This document shows positions 55,621 to 64,000 of a stretch of DNA of 64,000 nucleotides, in pieces. Both the position numbers and the translations under genes were made by a program. The DNA is taken from positions 25,296,001 to 25,360,000 of the forward strand of contig OZ024761.1 in assembly GCA_964016885.1 (NCBI GenBank). Direction: 5' to 3'. Below the pieces are notes generated by a model. The model saw only the letters and a list, made by a program, of their open reading frames with translations. It was not told the DNA's origin and did not search any database. The stretch's first letter is position 1. Every line of letters begins with the position of its first letter. This DNA is from Eledone cirrhosa (taxonomy: Eukaryota).

Positions 55621-55868
55621 TTTTGAGTATATGTTGGTTGTATACCAACACCTCAATATACAAGCTGGAGCACTCGACGAAGTGCGCAGGTTGGCTTGGT
55701 TACTCCGGAGTAATGTAAAATAAAGTTAAATAAAAAGTCAAATGTTTAAAATTTAAAGCTAAATTTAAAACATTTGACTTTTTATTTAACTTTTTTTTAT
55801 ATATATATATAAATATATACATTATATATATATGTATATATTTTTATATATATATAGATAGATATACA

Positions 55869-55930
<62 letters not shown>

Positions 55931-56399
55931 CATGTGTATACATATATACATTCATACCTATACATAGATATATATGTATATATACATATATATATATATG
56001 TGTATATATACATACTTATACGTATATATGAAATATATATATGTGCATATATATACATATATACACGTGTATAGGAAATATATATATATATGCATATATA
56101 TATATATATACATATATACATATATATACATATATATATATACATATATACATATATATACATATATATATATACATATATATACATACGTAAATATATA
56201 TACATATGGATATATATTTGTATATATATATATATATATATAAATATGTGTGTGTGTGTGTGTATATATATACATATATACACATACATATATATATGTA
56301 TGCCTATATATACACATATATACACACACACACACACATATATATATTCATATATACACATAAATATATGCATATATATATATACACACACAGGCATAC

Positions 56400-57694
56400 A
56401 CTCTCTTTTTATATCTCTCTTACGCACACACACACACACACACACTCGCGGTATCTCTCTCACACATACACACACTCCCTCTCCTCTCTTTCTCACACAC
56501 ACACACACATACATACACACACTCTCGCTATCTGCCTCACACACACACATACATTCTCACTATCTCTCTCTCACACACACACCCACGCACACGCACGTAC
56601 ACAATCCCTATCACACACACACACACACACACGCATACACACGCACACACTCCCTATCTCTCTCCTTCTCTCTCTCTCACACACACACACACACAAACAC
56701 AAACTTTCGCTATCTGCATCACACATACACGCACACACACACACTCCTCATCTCTCTAAAATATACACACACACACACACATACACACGCACACACTCTC
56801 CTTATCTCTCTCTCACCCTGCTACTATTCTTTCTTTGCCACTCTCTCCCTCTCTCACACACACGAACACTCTCTCTCTCTCAGCTACTCCTATTCATTCC
56901 GCCTCTCCCCCTCCCTCTATATAGATATCTCTCTCTCACACACACCCACTCCTTCCACCCTCTCTCCTTCCCCCTCTCTCTATCTCTATATATATATATA
57001 TCACACACACACTCTCCTCTCTCACACACACTCACCTACCCCTCTTCCCTTCACACCCCTGTCCCTCCTTCTCTATATTCTCTCTCTATATATATATTTA
57101 TCTCTCTCTTTCACTCACTCTCTCCTCTCTCACACACACTCTCACCTACACCTCTTCCCTCCACTCCCCTGTCCCTCCTATATATTTCTCTCTCTCCCTC
57201 TCTATATTTATCTCTCTCTTTCACTCACACTATCTCCTCTCACACACACTCTTACCTACACCTACCCCTATTCCATCCACACCCCTCTCCCTCCCTCTCT
57301 ATATTACTCTCTCTCTCTCTCTCACACACTCTCTCCTCTCTCACACACACACACACTTACGTCTATTCCTTCCACACCCCTGTCCCTCCCTCTATATATT
57401 ACTCACTCTCTCTCTCTCTCTCCCCACACACACATTCACCTACCGCTAGTCCCTCAACACCTCACTCCTTCCCTCCCTCACATACTCTCCCTCTCAGACC
57501 CACAATCCCCTACGACTACATCCCTTCATTCTTTACCACCCTCATCCCGCCCCTCTCTCTTCCCTCCCTCTATCACTTACTGACTGTTACTCTCTATTCA
57601 ACTTCTAATCTGAATCTTGATGTTTTCCCAGTCCCTCCCTCTGCATCTGCCTCATTCCCTCTCTCACTTATACACCAACAACTATTGCTGTTTT

Positions 57695-57756
<62 letters not shown>

Positions 57757-59120
57757 CACTCTCTCCCATTCCCTTTCTCTCTCTCTCTCTATCTATCCTT
57801 CTCTCTCTCTCTCGCTCTCTTCCTCGCGTCCTCTCTCTATCTCTATCATTCTCTCTCTCTCTATCATTCTCGCTCTCTTCCTCACGTCCTCTCTCTACCT
57901 CTATCATTCTCTCTCTCTCTCTCTCTCTATCCTTCTCTCTCTCTCTCGCTCTCTTCCTCGCGCCCTCTCTCTATCTCTATCCTTCTCTCTCTATATATAT
58001 CCATCTCGCTCTCTTCCTCACGTCCTCTCTCTATCTCTATCATTCTCTCTCTCTCTCTCTATCCATCTCGCTCTCTTCCTCACGTCCTCTCTCTATCTCT
58101 AGCATTCTCTCTCTCTCTCTCTATCCTTCTCGCTCTCTTCCTCACACTCTCTATCTCTACATTCACCCTTCTCTCTCTCTTCCTCAAAGTCTCTCTTCAT
58201 CTTTCTCTCTATCTATCTGTATCCTTCTCTCTCTTCCTCACACTCTCTCTATCTATCATTCTCTCTCTCTCTCTCTCTTCCTCACACTCTCTCCCTCTCA
58301 CTCCCACTTACTCCTCCACTCTCTTACTTACTCTTTTCGTCATTTTCCTCTCACTTCCCCCTCTATCTAACTATCCCAGGCTTTAGTCATTCTTCCTCGT
58401 CTCCATCACTCTATCATCTCCCACTCCTTCTCTCTCACTCTCTCCCTCTACTTATCTCTCTTTCTATCCCAGGCTTTTTTTATACTTTCCCCGCCGCCAC
58501 CACTCTTTTACCTCTCTCATTCTCTCACTCTACAATATCTATCTATCTTTCCATCCCAGGCGCTCTCTCTCTCAGTATCTATCTCTCCCTTTCTCTTTCC
58601 ATCCCAGGCGCTTTATATTCCTCACCCCACCACACCTAACTCCCCCCCTCTCTATCTCTCTCTCAATATCTATCTCTCCCTTTCTCTTTCCATCCCAGGC
58701 GCTTTATATTCCTCACCCCCACACACCTAACTCCCCCACCTCTCTCTCTCAATATCTATCTCTCCCTTTCTCTTTCCATCCCAGGCGCTTTATATTCCTC
58801 ACCCCACCACACCTAACTCCCCCCTCTCTATCTCTCTCTCAATATCTATCTCTCCTTTTCCTCTTTCCAACCCAGGCGCTTAAAATTCCTCACACCCACA
58901 CTCCTAACCTCCCCTCTCTATCTCTCTCTCTCAGTATCTATCTCTCCCTTTCCCTTTCCATCCCAGGCGCTTAATATACCTCACACCCACAGCACCATAA
59001 CCCCCCTTCTCTCTCTCACTCACTCTATCTATCCATCTATCACTCCCTTCCTCTCTCTATCCCGGCCTCTTAATAATCTCCACCCTAGCACTCAATAAGA
59101 ACTCTCTCTCTCTCTATAAC
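56400..59120. repeat. CA/CT low-complexity tract including a tandem unit of about 87-89 bp (TTTCCATCCCAGGCGCTTTATATTCCTCACCCC) at 58590-59000
   Basis: Seen directly. Confidence 0.9.
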
Positions 59121-59265
59121 ATTCCTTCATTCCGTTAATCGCTCGCTTGTTTATTCTCTCGTTCCAACGTTCTCGCTTTCATTCTGCTTCACATATTACA
59201 ACACACACACACACGCAGAACCCTCTCTCTCTCTATATATACATATATACACACAAACTAACACT

Positions 59266-59314
<49 letters not shown>

Positions 59315-59461
59315 ACAACACACACACACATGCAGAAACCTCTCTCTCTCTATGTATATATACATATATACACACAAACTAACAATCACACACACGCAGA
59401 AACCTCTCTCTCTATATACATATATACACACAAACCAACATTCACACACACACACACATGT

Positions 59462-59499
<38 letters not shown>

Positions 59500-59547
59500 A
59501 CAACACACACACACACGTAGAAACCCCTCTCTCTCTATATATATATA

Positions 59548-59595
<48 letters not shown>

Positions 59596-59690
59596 AATTA
59601 ATAAAAACAATGAAATAAAAACAAAGAACAAGTTCCTTATGTTAAAAAATTCATCATTTTACGATCCTTTCTGGGATGTATATGTGTGTT

Positions 59691-59724
<34 letters not shown>

Positions 59725-60112
59725 AGGTGTGTATATATGTATACACAAGGTGTCCCATAAAATTCATACATAACAAGATCTTTAAATGATGCATTAAAAT
59801 AGATATTGCCTGCATAGGTAATCAAATTGTGTATACATGTTTTGGGCACACCCTGTATGTATATGTATGTATATATAAACTAAGACACACGTATATACGT
59901 ATGCGTATATATGTATATATGAAAAATACGGGTTACCGCCGGGTGAGCTCCGGCCGTTTCCACGGCAAGATGTACCTGTTAGAACGGCAGGGTTTCAGCA
60001 GTCGGGGTCCCGGATTTTTCGTATTACCCACTCTACTACCCCAAGTATCAAGTATTCTGGAAGGAAGTGTGGTAAGGAACCAGGTGGACCATAACGCACC
60101 AGAGTACTCAAT

Positions 60113-60165
<53 letters not shown>

Positions 60166-60221
60166 ACGTCTTTGAATTACGTATAATAAAATAAACAGGG
60201 ATGGATTAGCGTAAACGTTTT

Positions 60222-60757
60222 TCATTCAAATCCCGTCGAGGTTAACTTTGACTTTCATCATTACGGGGTCGATAAAATAAAGTACCAGTAATGAACTGAG
60301 TAATTGCTGGCCTTGTGCCAAAAGTAGAAACAATTATTATTATTATTATTATTGTATTATTGAGGTTGACTTTGTCTTTCATCCTTATGGGGTACCAATA
60401 ATGTACTGTGTAATTGCTGGCCTTGTGCCAAAAGTAGAAACAATTATTATTATTATTACAGGGCAGTGGTTTGGCAGTATCAGTAGAGGGTCGGAGGCCA
60501 TGCTTTCTAGCATAGAGTTACGTCCCTTTACGGACTAAGTTCAAATCCCTCCAAGGTTAACTTTGCCTTTCATCCTTACGGGGGTCGATAAAATAAAGTA
60601 CCAGTAATGTACTGGGTATTTGCTGCCCTTGTGCCTAAAGTAGAAACAATTATTATTATTATTTCATCCTTACGGGGTCGATAAAATAAAGTACCAGTAA
60701 TGCACTGGTTTAATTGCTGGCCTGGTGCCAAAAGGAGAAACAATTATTATTATTATT
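60222..60757 (+). mobile_element. Tandem array of four full or partial Nin/Deu SINEs (continues 61366-61535)
   Basis: Repeated SINE 3' halves each ending in (ATT)n. Confidence 0.85.
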
Positions 60758-60767
60758 AGAGGGTCGA

Positions 60768-61359
60768 GATCATCTGAGTCCATTGTGCAAAGGGTCCTGC
60801 CGCCTTCCTTCGAGGAGGAAGGGCAGGCGGTTTTCATCTGCCTGGTGGCCATGGCGAAAGAGATTATGTGGTGGACAAGATTGAAAGGGTTAAAGAGAGA
60901 GACTTTCCTCTTCGGCGAATCCCTAATTAACTTTTTCAAGTTTCACTTGAAGAGGAATATCAGAGTGGAGAGGCAAGTGCTGCCTTCTAGCGAGTTTGTT
61001 GAAAGGTGGGTGAATGTAGCGAGGATGGTCCGAGTGAACGGGACCGCTGTGAGTATACGCCTGTAGTTTGAGAAATGGAAAAATTGAGAGAGGGCGCTTG
61101 CCTTTAGGGTCAGGGTCGCCGTGGTCTTTTGTGTGGTTTTCACCACGAGTAACCCTCGGAGGTTTCACCCCTCCTATTGGGGAATTTTTCATTGTTTCTG
61201 TTTTCATTTTTATTGTTTATATATATATATGTTTCTATGTCTTTGTCTTTTCTTATATAAATAATAAAAATCTTTACACGCACAAAACCCACATCGTACC
61301 GTCCTGTACCGTCTGTAATGTTTTTCTTGATGTCAGCCCTTGTGGCCAATAAAGAAATC
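60768..61359 (+). mobile_element. L1/Tx1-type LINE 3' fragment inserted in the SINE array
   Basis: ORF2 C-terminus ICLVAMAKEIMWWTRLKG...RWVNVARMVRV; 16-bp TSD ATTATTAGAGGGTCGA at 60752 and 61360. Confidence 0.8.
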
Positions 61360-61591
61360 ATTATTAGAGGGTCGAACGCCATGCTTTGATGCGTAGAGTT
61401 ACAGACCTTGCCATTCTGAGTTCGAATCCCGCCGAGGTTAACTTTGCCTCTCATCCTTCCAAGGTCGATAAAATAAAGTACCAGTAATACACTGGCTAAT
61501 TGTTGGCCTTGTACCAAAATGAGCAACATTTATTATTACTATTATTATTATATATACACACATACAGACACGCACAAACCAAGGCACACTC

Positions 61592-61637
<46 letters not shown>

Positions 61638-62170
61638 CGAAGGAAATGTGGCAAGGAACCAGGTGGACCATAACGCACCAAAGTACTCAATACTTAGGGT
61701 AGTAGAGTGGGTAATAGGAACGAGTAGGACCCCGACGGCTGAGCTCAAGCCGGTTCGACGGCTAATTTTGGACTGAATGCTTCATTTAGTCCAGAATTAG
61801 CCGTCAAAACGGCTTGAGCTCAGCCGTCGGGGTCCTACTCGTTCCTATATATATATATATACATACAAATTAAGACACACACACGCATTCTAACTAACAC
61901 ACAGACACACACTAAGGTACACATAGTTAGCACCACAGTGGCTGTAAGGGACGGCACCGTTTACCTATCACCCGTCCTAATCATAATTCCCTTTCTTCGT
62001 TTCTTTCTATCTTTCTTTCGTCTTCTTCTTCGCCTTCATCTTTTTCTTTTTTTTCTCTCTCTCACTCGCTCATTTCAAACCACTAGTACACACACACACA
62101 CAGACACTCACACACAGACACACACATATACACACACACACATATATATATATATATATGTGTGTGTGTG

Positions 62171-62210
<40 letters not shown>

Positions 62211-63076
62211 CTATATATGCATACACACATGCACATACATATATAAATATATGTATGTGCATGTGTGTATGCATATATCAATTATATATATATATACATA
62301 TATGTGCATACACACACACTTATATATATATATGTATGTGTGCGTGTGTGTCAGTGTCCCTGTGTGTGCGTGTGTGTCAGTGTCACTGTGTGTGTGTGTG
62401 AGTGTCTCTGCGTGTGTGTATTATGGGGGATGATTTCGTACGAAAGAAACAATTTTAGACTTGGAGTCGCCTTATATATAACATATATATACTTATGTAA
62501 GTATACAAGTATTATGATCGTATATTGTATATATATATATATATAAATGTGTCTGTGGGTGTGTGTGTGGGTGTGTGTGTGTATGTGTGTGAATCTATGT
62601 ATAAATACAGGGTGTCCCAGAAAATGCATACACACTTCAACATTATTCAAATCAAAGTGAGTATACATTTTTGTGGGACAATCTATATATATATATATTT
62701 CCTCTTGTAACCAAATGCTTTCTGTATCAGTTATTCTGTGTGGTTCATTAGGCATTTATAGTAGTAGTATTCTAGGCTCGGCCAAAGTCTTGTAAGCAGA
62801 ATTTGGTCACCGGAAACTGCGGAAAAATATCGTACAATAGCAGATTAACCTTGTATGTGGCCCGCAGCAGAACATGTCATCAGTGCGCTTACGCACCATG
62901 TAACTATGTCTAAATTTCTGCGATTCTCTCAAAACACATAAAGAGAGAGGGGTTAGTTTGTCTACCTCATACTACTCCTTTCTCTTTACGTCGGCTGCCT
63001 GCATGAATGTATGTGTGTGTGTGTGTGTACAAGACATTAACGGAGCCATAGACTCTCGCCGTTCCCTGTAAATAAT

Positions 63077-63263
63077 TGTTTCTAGTTTAGGCACAAGGCT
63101 AGCAATTACCCAGTGCATTACTGGTACTTTATTTTATCGACCCCGTAAGGATGAAAGGCAAAGTCAACCTCGGCGGGATTTGAACTGAGATCGTAAAGGG
63201 ACGTAACTATGCTGGAAAGCATGGCGTCCGACCCTCTACCGATACTGCCAATCCACCGCCCTT
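63077..63263 (-). mobile_element. Full-length Nin/Deu SINE
   Basis: 8-bp TSD TAAATAAT (63069 and 63264); the empty site is visible in the opposite arm of the fold-back. Confidence 0.9.
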
Positions 63264-63717
63264 TAAATAATGTGTTCAAAGGAGAGGAAATCCTGAGCTC
63301 GTTAAAATACAATATGTTGAAAAGGTAACTCACTAGAGAGAGATACAGTATGCTATCAATAAAATTGTTGATAGCGCACTGTATCTCTCTTTACTGTGTT
63401 ACCTTTTCAACATATTGTATTTTAAAGTGCCCAGGATTTCCCCTCCTTTGAGCAGATTATTTACAGGGAACGGCGAGAGTCTATGGCTCCGTTAATGTAT
63501 CGTGATATTTCGCTCCTTATAACAGTCTTTCCTCTCTCTCTGTTTGGTTGGTTGAGCACACATCTCGGAGTGGTTTTGGGCTTCCCTTTCTAGCAGCTGG
63601 TCCCTCAGTGCCCACTGGTTCACTGCCCTTAAACACGCTGTGACTTCTTTCTCCCACGTGTAAGTGGGCGGTCGCCTTAAAAATTATCTTAGTGTTGTCT
63701 GAAATGTATAGCCTTAC

Positions 63718-63797
63718 ACACGCTGATGAAGCTGGGTTATTTCATTTCTGTCAACAACTTACTGGCGAAACAGAAAACTTTGGATTTGTACTCGTGT
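63718..63797 (+). ncRNA. Hammerhead-like fold with insertions
   Basis: acacg-CTGATGA-a-gctgg...ctggc-GAAA-CAGA-aaactttgga-TTTG-TA-ct-cgtgt. Confidence 0.5.
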
Positions 63798-64000
63798 TAT
63801 ATAGTTATAGAGGGATTTATTTAGGCTTTAATTTATATTTTTAATTATCGAGTCTATACTCTGCCTTTCATAGGTTATAGATTCCAAACACTGGTGGTTT
63901 TAAACTCTTTTATTGATAGCGCACTGTATCTCTCTTTAGTGTGTTACCTTTTTAACATATTGTATATATATATATACATATATATATACATATATACATA

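Larger units (their letters stand above)
63034..63965 (+). mobile_element. Non-coding element: inverted 5' arm plus 545-bp terminally redundant monomer with an HHR-like fold (retrozyme or non-autonomous PLE)
   Basis: 63034-63363 minus the SINE is the reverse complement of 63368-63498; 63368-63420 is repeated at 63913-63965; HHR-like fold 63718-63797. Confidence 0.65.

Overview
Very AT- and microsatellite-rich eukaryotic DNA. The SINE set resembles octopus SINEs, so the source is probably an octopod cephalopod (inference). Almost all listed ORFs are translations of simple repeats. The window looks intronic/intergenic. One plausible host gene lies on the minus strand: candidate exons 26944-26799 and 2398-2342 join in frame into an LRR N-terminal-cap-like peptide. 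The main signal sits between (TA)n tracts: many short 100-900 bp inserts, often fold-back (an inverted arm plus an unpaired tail). About 10 distinct families carry type I hammerhead ribozyme (HHR) folds. These include canonical cores, U3-A8 compensated cores, U4 variants, palindromic stem III (dimer-type) and stem II arms of about 85-100 nt. This fits remnants of Penelope-like element (PLE) pseudo-LTRs or retrozymes, including a terminally redundant 545-bp HHR-like monomer at the right end. Also present: about 20 Nin/Deu-domain tRNA-SINE copies, CORE-like SINEs, 3' fragments of L1/Tx1, RTE and CRE-like LINEs, a bipartite RTE with a possible HDV-like ribozyme remnant, a non-autonomous Helitron, Tc1/mariner, pogo-like and hAT MITEs, and a 36-bp minisatellite with a 447-bp higher-order repeat. 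All folds were read by eye; none was computed or tested.
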